Below, piece by piece: positions 49,956-59,784 of a stretch of 64,000 bases of DNA. Every line of letters starts with the position of its first letter. Position 1 is the stretch's first letter. The notes beneath the pieces were generated by a model that worked only from the letters and a program-made list of their open reading frames with translations, searched no databases and was not told the origin of the DNA. The DNA comes from Escherichia coli (GTDB lineage Bacteria > Pseudomonadota > Gammaproteobacteria > Enterobacterales > Enterobacteriaceae): assembly GCF_017348835.2 (NCBI RefSeq), contig NZ_CP071375.1. One strand, written 5' to 3'. Position numbers and translations under genes: made by a program.

Positions 49956-51134
49956 TTAACGTGTAATAGAGTACACGGTTCCGTCTTTTGCCTGGATCAG
50001 CAGTTTGCCGTCAGCGGCAACCGGTTCAGTCTGGAAACCGGAACTATCAACTTTTTGCTGGGCAACGAAACGACCATCTTCGACGTTAATCCAGTGCAGA
50101 TAACCTTCACTGTCACCTACCACCAGGTTGCCATTATACAGCACCGGAGAAGTCAGCAGGCGATGCAACAGATCGCTTTGTGTCCACAGCGTAACGCCGC
50201 CATCAATGGTCAACGCCATCACCCTGTCATTTTGATCGACCAGATAGATGCGATTGCCGTCGACGATGAAATCATTCACCGAACCCAGTTCGCGTTTCCA
50301 CATAATCTGACCACTGCGCAGATCAAGCGCCGTCAGGTTACCATTATAGGCCAGCGCGAAAACAACGCCGTTAACAACGACGGGAGTCGTGTCAACATCG
50401 CTCAGACGGTCAATTTCGGTAGAACCGGTCGCCTGGGAAATACGCTGCTGCCAAATCATCTGGCCCTGTTCCATCAGCACTGCGCTGACGCGACCATTAT
50501 CGCCACCCACGACGGCCGCACCAAAAGCCGTTGCCGGCGCAGACTCGCCACGCAAAGAGAGCGAAGGCATATCGAGGTTAACTGTCCATTTGACAGCGCC
50601 GTCAGCTTCGTTCAGCGCTTGTAACTGACCGTTACTGGTGTGGATTAACACCAGACCGTCGCTGACCACCGGGCGCGAAAGTGCTTCACCCGCGACTTTA
50701 GTTTGCCATGCCACAGTACCATCGCTGGTATTCAGCGCGTAAACCTGCGCCTTTTCGCTGCCAATGTAGACATGTCCACCAGACACGGTCACACCGCCAG
50801 AAAGTAATGCAGGCTCTTTAGAGAACCAGCCATCTTTCTCGGCCAGGCTGACAGACCAGATTTCTTTGCCATCATCCGCATTCAGCGCTTTTACTAAACC
50901 AGCGCGGTCCGCTGCATAGACAACGTTGTCCGCCAGTGCCGGATGAAGATTGGAATAGAAGTTGCCAATGCCGCTACCAACGGAAGTGCTCCACGCCGTG
51001 GTCGGCGTAAACTGGTTTTCAACGGTTGGCAATGGGGACATCTTTACCACATCTTCTTCGCTGTTAAACAGCGAACAGCCGCTTAAAAGGGTAACGGAAA
51101 GCAGTCCTGGCAGCAGTAATTTACGCAATTGCAT
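49956..51134 (-). CDS. bamB: Outer membrane protein assembly factor BamB (PQQ beta-propeller lipoprotein)
   Basis: 392-aa ORF with lipoprotein signal peptide (LLSGCSLF). Confidence 0.9.
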   Translation of the reverse strand: MQLRKLLLPGLLSVTLLSGCSLFNSEEDVVKMSPLPTVENQFTPTTAWSTSVGSGIGNFYSNLHPALADNVVYAADRAGLVKALNADDGKEIWSVSLAEKDGWFSKEPALLSGGVTVSGGHVYIGSEKAQVYALNTSDGTVAWQTKVAGEALSRPVVSDGLVLIHTSNGQLQALNEADGAVKWTVNLDMPSLSLRGESAPATAFGAAVVGGDNGRVSAVLMEQGQMIWQQRISQATGSTEIDRLSDVDTTPVVVNGVVFALAYNGNLTALDLRSGQIMWKRELGSVNDFIVDGNRIYLVDQNDRVMALTIDGGVTLWTQSDLLHRLLTSPVLYNGNLVVGDSEGYLHWINVEDGRFVAQQKVDSSGFQTEPVAADGKLLIQAKDGTVYSITR

Positions 51135-51144
51135 CGGGTCCCTC

Positions 51145-51765
51145 TCAGATGGACAAATTATTAATTTTCATCTGCATCATTTCGCTCAGTGCCGGAGTAA
51201 CATCGCTTTTCACGCCTGCTTCCCATGCACTACGCGCACCTTGCTTATCACCTTTGCTCAGCAATGCTTCACCACGCAGGTCGGCAACAATGGCAGCCCA
51301 CCCTTCACCTTTGATGGTATCAAGGGTTTTCAGCGCGGCATCAGCCTGCTTGAGCTGTACCTGAACGCGAGCAAGACGCAGATTTATCACGGCTTTGAGA
51401 TTTTCATCGCTCGTGTCTGCCAGCCCCTGTTGTAACTGGGCGGCAGCTTTCTCTAGTTCATTTTTGTCAACAAATTGCTGCGCAAGTTCCAAAGAAGCCA
51501 GCGCACCATAAGTATTTTTATTTTCAGCAGCAAATTTTTCCGCCGCCGGGATGCTATCCGGTTTGCCTTCGCTCACTGCGGTAACCGCATTTTGATAGGC
51601 AAGAGAAGCGGAGCGTGCAGAATCAACCTGATGGCTGTTCCAGTAGCGCCAGCCAATCAGTGCGCCAACGCCCAAAATCACCCCAACAGCCAGTGCTTTG
51701 CCATTTTCAGCAAAAAAGCGTTTAACCGCTTCTACCTGGTCGTTTTCGTTCTCGTAAATTTCCAC
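51145..51765 (-). CDS. yfgM: Membrane-anchored TPR-like protein YfgM
   Basis: 206-aa ORF with one TM segment; synteny. Confidence 0.85.
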   Translation of the reverse strand: MEIYENENDQVEAVKRFFAENGKALAVGVILGVGALIGWRYWNSHQVDSARSASLAYQNAVTAVSEGKPDSIPAAEKFAAENKNTYGALASLELAQQFVDKNELEKAAAQLQQGLADTSDENLKAVINLRLARVQVQLKQADAALKTLDTIKGEGWAAIVADLRGEALLSKGDKQGARSAWEAGVKSDVTPALSEMMQMKINNLSI

Positions 51766-51782
51766 GCTGTCCTTCTCCTTCC

Positions 51783-53057
51783 TTAACCCAGTAACGTGCG
51801 CAAATGCGCGGCTACGCTATCCTGCGCAACTGCCGTTTGCTCACCAGAGCGCAAATCCTTCACTACTGCTGTGCCGTTAGCCACTTCAGACTCACCCAGC
51901 ACCACAGCAACGCGGGCACCCCATTTATCAGCACGGGCAAACTGTTTCTTAAAGTTGCCGCCGCCGTGGTTGGTCATCAATTTCACGCCCGGTAATTCAT
52001 CACGCAGACGCTCAGCTAATGCCATAGCCGCAGATTGTGTATCAGCACCTGAAGCCACCAGGTATATATCGACAACAGGATCGGCTTTAAATTCCGGATT
52101 AACGGCCTGTACTAACAATACAAGACGTTCGAGGCCCATCGCAAAACCGACAGCCGGTGTTGCACGACCGCCCAGTTGTTCCACAAGACCGTCATAACGA
52201 CCGCCTGCACACACGGTGCCCTGGGAGCCGAGACTGTTAGTCACCCACTCGAAAACGGTACGGTTGTAGTAATCCAGACCACGCACCAGACGCTGGTTTA
52301 CGGTGTAAGCGATCCCCGCGCTCTCAAGCAGTTTGCACAGACCGGCAAAATGCTCACGAGATTCCTCGTCCAGATAATCACCTAATGCCGGAGCGTCGTT
52401 GAGAAGCGCCTGCACTTCCGGATTTTTTGAATCCAGCACGCGCAGCGGGTTAGTGTACATGCGGCGTTTGCAGTCTTCGTCCAGCTTTTCTTTATGCTGC
52501 TCAAGGAATGCCACCAGCGCATCGCGGTAATTGGCGCGTGCTTCCAGCGAACCGATAGAGTTCAGCTCAAGAGTTACGTGCTCGGAAATACCCAGCGCGC
52601 GCCACCAGCGGGCAGTGAGCATAATCAGTTCAGCGTCGATATCCGGACCTTGCAGACCGAAAACTTCGCAGCCCAACTGATGGAACTGACGATAACGCCC
52701 TTTCTGCGGACGCTCGTGACGGAACATCGGCCCGATATACCACAGACGCTGTTCCTGATTGTACAGAAGACCATGCTCGATGCCGGCGCGTACACAGCCC
52801 GCCGTCCCTTCAGGGCGCAGAGTCAGGCTGTCGCCATTGCGATCCTCAAAGGTGTACATCTCTTTTTCAACCACGTCGGTGACTTCACCAATCGCACGTT
52901 TGAATAGCGGGGTCTGCTCTACAATCGGCAAGCGGATTTCACTGTAACCGTAGCTGCCGAGCACGTTTTTCAGTGTGCCTTCAATGCGCTGCCAGATGGC
53001 CGTTTCGCCAGGCAGGTAATCGTTCATGCCGCGAATGGCTTGAATGTTTTTTGCCAC
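51783..53057 (-). CDS. hisS: Histidine--tRNA ligase HisS
   Basis: 424-aa class-II aminoacyl-tRNA synthetase ORF. Confidence 0.95.
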
Positions 53058-53167
53058 GTTTATTCTCTTTCTGAATATAAAAATGAACCCTCAACGCTTC
53101 CCTCAATGTTTCGGGAGCCATGCGGGTTCAATCATACACGGGAAGCGAGGCGCTTCCCATCACGTTA

Positions 53168-54286
53168 TTATTTTTCAACCTGCTGAACGTCAATTCGACG
53201 CGCTTCGTCCAGCTGACTGGCTTTCGCACGAATGCGTGCTTCCAGCTGGTCGATCATATCGTTGTTGTCCAGACGGTCTTTGCGCACGCCATCTTCATAG
53301 AGGCCGCTTTTCTTGTTGCCGCCGGTGACGCCGAGTGTAGAAACCAGCGCCTCACCTGGGCCATTCACCACGCAGCCGATAATCGAAACGTCCATCGGAG
53401 TGATGATATCTTCCAGGCGTTGCTCCAGCGCGTTAACCGTACCGATAACATCAAATTCCTGACGCGAACAGGTCGGGCAGGCGATGAAGTTGATCCCTCG
53501 CGAACGGATACGCAGCGATTTCAAAATATCGAAACCGACTTTGATCTCTTCGACCGGATCGGCCGCCAGTGATACGCGCAGCGTGTCGCCGATGCCTTCA
53601 GACAGCAGCAGACCTAAACCAATGGCGGATTTTACTGCCCCGCTGCGCGCGCCACCCGCTTCGGTGATCCCCAGATGCAGCGGCTGATCGATTTGTTTTG
53701 CCAGCAAACGATAAGACTCAACAGCGAGGAAGACGTCAGACGCTTTCACGCTGACTTTGAACTGATCGAAGTTCAGGCGATCGAGATGATCAACATGGCG
53801 CATGGCGGATTCCAGCAACGCCTGCGGCGTCGGTTCGCCATACTTTTCTTGCAGATCTTTTTCCAGCGATCCGGCGTTAACGCCAATACGGATCGGAATG
53901 TTTTTATCGCGCGCACAGTCAACCACCATGCGAATACGCTCTTCATTACCGATATTGCCGGGGTTAATACGCAGACAATCGACGCCGTATTCCGCTACTT
54001 TCAGCGCAATGCGATAGTCGAAGTGGATGTCAGCCACCAGCGGCACGTTAACCCGCTGTTTGATGAGTTTGAACGCTTCTGCCGCGTCCATCGTCGGTAC
54101 GGAGACACGGACGATATCAGCGCCAACGCGTTCCAGCGCCTTGATTTGATTGACCGTTGCTTCGACATCTGTCGTACGCGTATTGGTCATGGACTGTACG
54201 GCGATGGGAGCACCATCGCCAATCGGCACATTCCCAACGTAAATACGTGTTGATTTTCTACGTTGAATTGGAGCCTGGTTATGCAT
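53168..54286 (-). CDS. ispG: 4-hydroxy-3-methylbut-2-enyl diphosphate synthase IspG (GcpE)
   Basis: 372-aa ORF with C-terminal CPTC...C cluster. Confidence 0.95.
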   Translation of the reverse strand: MHNQAPIQRRKSTRIYVGNVPIGDGAPIAVQSMTNTRTTDVEATVNQIKALERVGADIVRVSVPTMDAAEAFKLIKQRVNVPLVADIHFDYRIALKVAEYGVDCLRINPGNIGNEERIRMVVDCARDKNIPIRIGVNAGSLEKDLQEKYGEPTPQALLESAMRHVDHLDRLNFDQFKVSVKASDVFLAVESYRLLAKQIDQPLHLGITEAGGARSGAVKSAIGLGLLLSEGIGDTLRVSLAADPVEEIKVGFDILKSLRIRSRGINFIACPTCSRQEFDVIGTVNALEQRLEDIITPMDVSIIGCVVNGPGEALVSTLGVTGGNKKSGLYEDGVRKDRLDNNDMIDQLEARIRAKASQLDEARRIDVQQVEK

Positions 54287-54312
54287 GAAAAATCTCCCGC
54301 GTTACCCGTCTG

Positions 54313-55326
54313 TTACTGCGCCGGTGATTGTTCGGCATTGAGGGTCAGACGCGCAACCTGGTTAGTTCTGATAAAACGACTCAGATCGACAGGTTTCCCT
54401 TGATACTGGATCTGTACTGCGGCTGGCGCACCAATTTTCAGTTTGTACGGTGCCTGGCCGGTTAAGTTCAAATTACCGTCTTTACGCTGCATACCGCTAA
54501 ACAATTTTTTACCGGTAGCATCAGTAACCTCCAGCCAACAATCGGCAGTAAAGTTCATCACCAGCGCATTCGGATCAGCCACCGGCGTGGTCACGCCAGC
54601 CTGATCGGTTGGCAACGGCGCAGCACCATCTGGCGTTGTTGCTGCCGTTGGTGCCGGGGTCGCGGCGGTATCAACATTTGCCTGCGAAGGCGAAACAACC
54701 GCATTCTGTTGCGGATCAACAGCTGGTGCTGGCGCAGTTACGGCAGGTGTTTGCGTGTTGGTTGCGGTAGTATCCACAGACGCTGGCGGCGTGGACGTTG
54801 TAGCCGGGTCTGTAGTTGTCGACGTATTTAACGGAACACTCTGCCCCTGCTCGCTATTACTGCTCAGTTCCGCCGAAGATTGATCGGCCATAGTGGTGAT
54901 CTCTTCCTGCTGAGCTTTGTGGTCTTGCCACCACCAGGCACCGCTCAGGCCGATAACCACAAACAACACCAGCCAGGTGAAGGTCATCAGCCAGCCGTCG
55001 CGTTTTTTGCGGCGTTTACCGAGAGAAAAACTCTGCATCGGCGCAACTTTTGCAGCCCGAAGTGGAGCCTGCTTTTCCAGCCCTGGCAGCAGTTCTTCTT
55101 CTGGAATATGTACCAGACGCGCATAAGAGCGGATATATCCGCGCAGGAATGTTGAAGCAAGATCGGCGGGTGCCTTATCTTCTTCAATGTCGCGTACCGT
55201 GGAAACCTTCAGGCAAAGTCGCTCGGCAACGGCCTGCTGACTAAGTCCTAGTTGTTCGCGAGCATTACGCAGGCGAGCGCCGGTAGTAAGTGCTTCATTT
55301 TGGTCGTGCGTGGCTTCAGTATTCAT
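54313..55326 (-). CDS. rodZ: Cytoskeleton protein RodZ (HTH, TM, Pro/Thr-rich linker)
   Basis: 337-aa ORF with N-terminal HTH, one TM segment and a low-complexity periplasmic linker. Confidence 0.9.
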   Translation of the reverse strand: MNTEATHDQNEALTTGARLRNAREQLGLSQQAVAERLCLKVSTVRDIEEDKAPADLASTFLRGYIRSYARLVHIPEEELLPGLEKQAPLRAAKVAPMQSFSLGKRRKKRDGWLMTFTWLVLFVVIGLSGAWWWQDHKAQQEEITTMADQSSAELSSNSEQGQSVPLNTSTTTDPATTSTPPASVDTTATNTQTPAVTAPAPAVDPQQNAVVSPSQANVDTAATPAPTAATTPDGAAPLPTDQAGVTTPVADPNALVMNFTADCWLEVTDATGKKLFSGMQRKDGNLNLTGQAPYKLKIGAPAAVQIQYQGKPVDLSRFIRTNQVARLTLNAEQSPAQ

Positions 55327-55610
55327 TCGCTGCAGGTACGTTTAAATGAGAATTGAGATGCCGGTGAACCATCATGCTCACCCACACCGCGAAACATCCG
55401 TTAAGTTAACCGTTATCATACAGTATAAGACCGTCTGTGTGCTCGTGACAAAGCCCACATTCACTAAGGCTAACTTACTGTTGCATCGTTACATACTGCC
55501 TTAAAGTCAGCAAAAACGCACCGTTAATATTGACCAGACAATTGCAACTTAATACTTCATTCATAAAACATTACGCCACGGTACATAAAGTAACCGTGGC
55601 GTAATGGCTA

Positions 55611-56765
55611 TCAGACCGCTTTAATGTCGATGGCTTCACCCTGCATCCGTTTACGCAGGGTACGTTTCGTACGGTCGATAACATCGCCCGCCAACTGACC
55701 ACAGGCAGCATCGATATCATCACCACGCGTTTTACGCACAATAGTGGTGAAACCGTAGCTCATCAGCACTTTTGAGAAACGGTCGATACGGCTGTTCGAA
55801 CTGCGTCCATACGGTGCGCCCGGGAACGGGTTCCACGGGATCAGGTTGATCTTACACGGCGTATCTTTCAACAGTTCCGCCAGTTGGTGAGCGTGTTCAG
55901 TGCCGTCGTTAACGTGGTCAAGCATCACGTATTCAATAGTGACTCGGCCTTGATTGGCGTTGGATTTCTCCAGATAACGGCGCACCGCAGCAAGGAACGT
56001 TTCGATATTGTACTTTTTGTTGATCGGCACAATTTCGTCACGAATTTCGTCGTTCGGCGCGTGCAGGGAAATTGCCAGCGCAACATCGATCATATCGCCC
56101 AGTTTATCCAGCGCTGGAACTACACCGGAAGTGGAAAGCGTCACGCGACGTTTAGACAGACCAAAACCGAAATCATCAAGCATGATTTCCATCGCCGGAA
56201 CGACGTTGTTCAGGTTGAGCAGCGGCTCGCCCATGCCCATCATCACTACGTTAGTGATCGGGCGCTGACCGGTGACTTTTGCTGCGCCGACGATTTTCGC
56301 CGCACGCCACACCTGGCCAATAATTTCCGATACCCGCAGGTTGCGGTTAAAGCCCTGCTGGGCGGTGGAACAGAATTTACACTCCAGCGCACACCCCACC
56401 TGCGAAGAGACGCAGAGCGTAGCGCGGTCGTCTTCCGGGATGTACACCGTTTCGACACGCTGGTCACCCACGGCAATCGCCCATTTAATGGTGCCGTCAG
56501 ATGAACGCTGTTCTTCAACCACTTCCGGTGCGCGGATTTCCGCCACCTCTTTCAGCTTGCCGCGCAACACTTTGTTGATGTCAGTCATCTCATCAAAATT
56601 GTCGCAGCAATAGTGATACATCCACTTCATCACCTGATCGGCGCGGAAGGGCTTTTCACCTAAATCTTTAAAAAACTCCCGCATCTGCTGACGATTGAGA
56701 TCCAGCAGGTTGATTTTTCCATCTTTGGTGGTGACGTTTTCAGGTGTGACTAATTGTTCAGACAT
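55611..56765 (-). CDS. rlmN: Dual-specificity RNA methyltransferase RlmN (radical SAM)
   Basis: 384-aa ORF with CALECKFC radical-SAM motif. Confidence 0.95.
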
Positions 56766-56914
56766 ATGCTATTCCGGCCTCGTTATTACACGTTATGGCC
56801 CCTGGAGGGTTGAAAAAAGAAACGCCCCGGTGAGCGGCTGCTCGTCCGGGGGCGCTGCATTGTACAAATTCTGGCGCACGGATGCCACGTTTGCACGCGG
56901 CATTTACGAAATTA

Positions 56915-57346
56915 TTAACGGGTGCGCGGGCACACTTCACCTTCGCCGAAGAAATAAGCGATTTCGCGAGCGGCAGATTCGACGGAGTCAGAGCCGTGGG
57001 TACCGTTTTCGGTCAGGCTGTCAGCGTAATCAGCGCGCAGAGTACCGGCCAGTGCGTTTGCCGGATTGGTCGCGCCCAGCAGATCGCGGTGACGCTGAAC
57101 GGCGTTTTCACCTTCCAGCACGGAAACCACGATCGGGCCAGAGGTCATGAATTCAACCAGACCATCAAAGAACGGTTTTCCATCGTGTTCAGCATAAAAG
57201 CCACGAGCCTGTTCAACGGTCAGGTGCAGCATTTTGGTGCCGACAATTTTGAACCCTGCAGCTTCAAAGCGCGCAAAGATATTACCAATGACGTTTTTTG
57301 CTACCGCGTTCGGTTTGATAATGGAAAAAGTACGTTCAATAGCCAT
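56915..57346 (-). CDS. ndk: Nucleoside diphosphate kinase
   Basis: 143-aa ORF ([15 protein letters not shown]...). Confidence 0.95.
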
Positions 57347-57486
57347 TTTTACCTCTGTAAATTGTTCTGTTGTTGTCTGTACCAGCGTACGAGATGGCGC
57401 GGATTATAATGAGCAACAGAGCCGTTGACTATTGATGAAGGTAACATTTTTTTAAAATAAAATGAGTTTTAGCAACAACTCGACTT

Positions 57487-58341
57487 TTATGGTGTTCTCA
57501 TCCCATAGCGATGACGTTGGCAATAAAGACAATTTTGCGCATTTTGCTGAAAAGTAAGAAAGGATTTTTGACAGGTTTTACAGACTTTGCGATTAGCATG
57601 AAGATTCACAATTTTTGCCGGTAGAATCGTCAATTCAACGGTCATTGCCTGATGAAAACAAACAGCAATACAATTTTGGCATCCGTTACACAAGGCATCA
57701 TTTATTTGTAAATGGCCTTCGTTAAGCGAAAAGACCTGTTGCTCGCAGGCCCGCCAGCATGCACCGCAAAGCTGACACTTTTGAGGATCCATCATCGGGC
57801 GAGCATCACTAATCTGGGGCCAAAAATAATGTAACCGACGTAATCCTGGTTGTATTTGTGTCATCTGAACATCCGCACGCTGCACATGGAACAAACGACG
57901 CCGGGAAACATTCACCTCACTGGTATGTGGAGATACCACAGACCAGCCTTCCTCGCCATATTGCCGTAAGCGTTCGTTTAACAGCAATAATGCGCGCTCC
58001 CATGCCTTCGCCTGACTCAGATCAATCGCGATCGCTGTGATCCCCTGCTCTTTATGCCATAGCAAAAGTTCTTCCAGCGTCGGCGCAATAGTGGTGAAAG
58101 GTGCGACCAGGGTGTGATTGCGAAAATAACGTAAAGGGGAATTAACGCCACGAATAGCCTCTTGCGGGCAAATAAACTGGCAAACCGCACACTCAATACA
58201 TTGTTCCGCGTCGACCGCTACGCCCTCTTCTGTCAGCGTTAGCGCCTGTGCCGGGCAAGCCTCGACACAGGCATGACATGTTGCAAAACGAAAGCGTTGG
58301 CGCGCGCATTCCGCGCCAATCGTTATGTTATGACTTAACAT
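57487..58341 (-). CDS. Ferredoxin-like 4Fe-4S protein (accessory electron-transfer subunit of the molybdoenzyme operon)
   Basis: 284-aa ORF with several Cys clusters (CHACVEACP, CIECAVCQFICP, CQLCGACWRAC, CNGCQNCIAVC); start/stop overlap with the upstream gene. Confidence 0.6.
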   Translation of the reverse strand: MLSHNITIGAECARQRFRFATCHACVEACPAQALTLTEEGVAVDAEQCIECAVCQFICPQEAIRGVNSPLRYFRNHTLVAPFTTIAPTLEELLLWHKEQGITAIAIDLSQAKAWERALLLLNERLRQYGEEGWSVVSPHTSEVNVSRRRLFHVQRADVQMTQIQPGLRRLHYFWPQISDARPMMDPQKCQLCGACWRACEQQVFSLNEGHLQINDALCNGCQNCIAVCFHQAMTVELTILPAKIVNLHANRKVCKTCQKSFLTFQQNAQNCLYCQRHRYGMRTP

Positions 58342-59162
58342 TAGCCGATACTAAAAAAGACAAAACGCAGCATAACTTCACTCCCCACTAGCATTACGCT
58401 ACCGAATAACGCCGCCGGGATATTCTTTTTACAACCACCGACAGCAAAGAACATCATCCCAATGACGGAAATTCCCCAGCTTAGTGTCAGTATGGGTTTT
58501 AACTGTCCCAGCATCGCTAATGGCGCATGTGGCAATGTGGCTATCTGCATCGCATTTGCCGTTAAATCCCCTATCCACAACGGCTGAACCAACAAGCGCA
58601 ACAGAACCAGGAGAGCGATCACCAATACGCATCCATTACGCAGGGCATCAATCTGCGGCAAAATTCCGCTAATACGAAACACGGCTACCAGCGCTGAACC
58701 GAGAATTCCCACTGTACCTAAGAACATAATCAGCGTGTTGTAATGCTGCCAGGTGATAATCGACGTATGGATGTAAACTTGCGCCATGCAGAAAACATCA
58801 ACAATCCCGACCACTGCCGCTAGCATAAGCAGGAGTTGCCAGCCGCCTTTGCGTAACATGACCAGTAATGTGGATAAACCCAATAGCGCCAGATACAGCG
58901 TACCAAAGATAATTTCCCGACTCAGCCATGAACTGGAAAAGTGACTTAGCGCATGCATCGCATTAAGTGGATAACCCAGGTGTAAGGTAGAAATCAGTAA
59001 CCCTACGGCCCCTGCCAAAAAAGCCAACAGTAATGGCGGCCGCATAACCGGGCGGGCGCTGGAGGTGATTAAAATATGACGATGAAGAAACGCCAGCCAC
59101 AGCGTCATACCGACCGATGCCTGTAACAACAGCGTAAAAGCCATTAACGGTAATTCATGCAT
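58341..59162 (-). CDS. DmsC-like membrane anchor subunit
   Basis: 273-aa polytopic membrane ORF overlapping neighbours at both ends (operon). Confidence 0.65.
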   Translation of the reverse strand: MHELPLMAFTLLLQASVGMTLWLAFLHRHILITSSARPVMRPPLLLAFLAGAVGLLISTLHLGYPLNAMHALSHFSSSWLSREIIFGTLYLALLGLSTLLVMLRKGGWQLLLMLAAVVGIVDVFCMAQVYIHTSIITWQHYNTLIMFLGTVGILGSALVAVFRISGILPQIDALRNGCVLVIALLVLLRLLVQPLWIGDLTANAMQIATLPHAPLAMLGQLKPILTLSWGISVIGMMFFAVGGCKKNIPAALFGSVMLVGSEVMLRFVFFSIG

Positions 59163-59784
59163 GATGTGACGCCTCCTTTTCCGCGCCCTGATGCGGTTTA
59201 ATCACCAGATTTGGCTGCGTAATCGACGAATCAGGTAAACCTTTCACATCACTGACATCGCCATACTTTTCACGCAACTCATCAATAGGGCCGAACTTAA
59301 TCGCCCCCAACGGGCACGTTGCCACGCAAATGGGTTGTTCTCCTTTAGCTTGCAGATCAATACAGAAATCGCATTTCGACATCTGCCCGGTCTGCTCATT
59401 CATTTGCGGTGCGCCGTAAGGACAGGACCATGCGCAGTAACCGCAACCGACGCACTTATCAGTATTCACGCGCACAATACCGTCTCCGGGACGCTTATGC
59501 ATCGCCATCGTCGGGCAATTTTTGGTACAGATCGGATCCGCGCAATGGTTACAGGAAACAGAAAGGGTATAAGCAAAGACATTATGACTCACACCGCCCT
59601 CTCCAGTGGCGATAAAGCCACCGCCGTTCACTTCATACACGCGGCGAAAACGTCGCCCAACCTCAAGGTTGTTTTTGTCTTTACAGGCCACCTGACACGC
59701 TTTACAGCCAGAACAACGCGAAGAGTCAATAAAGAACCCTAATTGTTTGTCGCTGACAGATGCAAATTCTTTAAATTGGCTCAT
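59155..59784 (-). CDS. DmsB-like 4Fe-4S iron-sulfur subunit
   Basis: 209-aa ORF with four ferredoxin-type Cys clusters. Confidence 0.75.
   Translation of the reverse strand: MSQFKEFASVSDKQLGFFIDSSRCSGCKACQVACKDKNNLEVGRRFRRVYEVNGGGFIATGEGGVSHNVFAYTLSVSCNHCADPICTKNCPTMAMHKRPGDGIVRVNTDKCVGCGYCAWSCPYGAPQMNEQTGQMSKCDFCIDLQAKGEQPICVATCPLGAIKFGPIDELREKYGDVSDVKGLPDSSITQPNLVIKPHQGAEKEASHHA

Noticed and set aside
49893-50624. 243-aa plus-strand ORF antisense to bamB
   Set aside because: Antisense to a conserved gene; no support.
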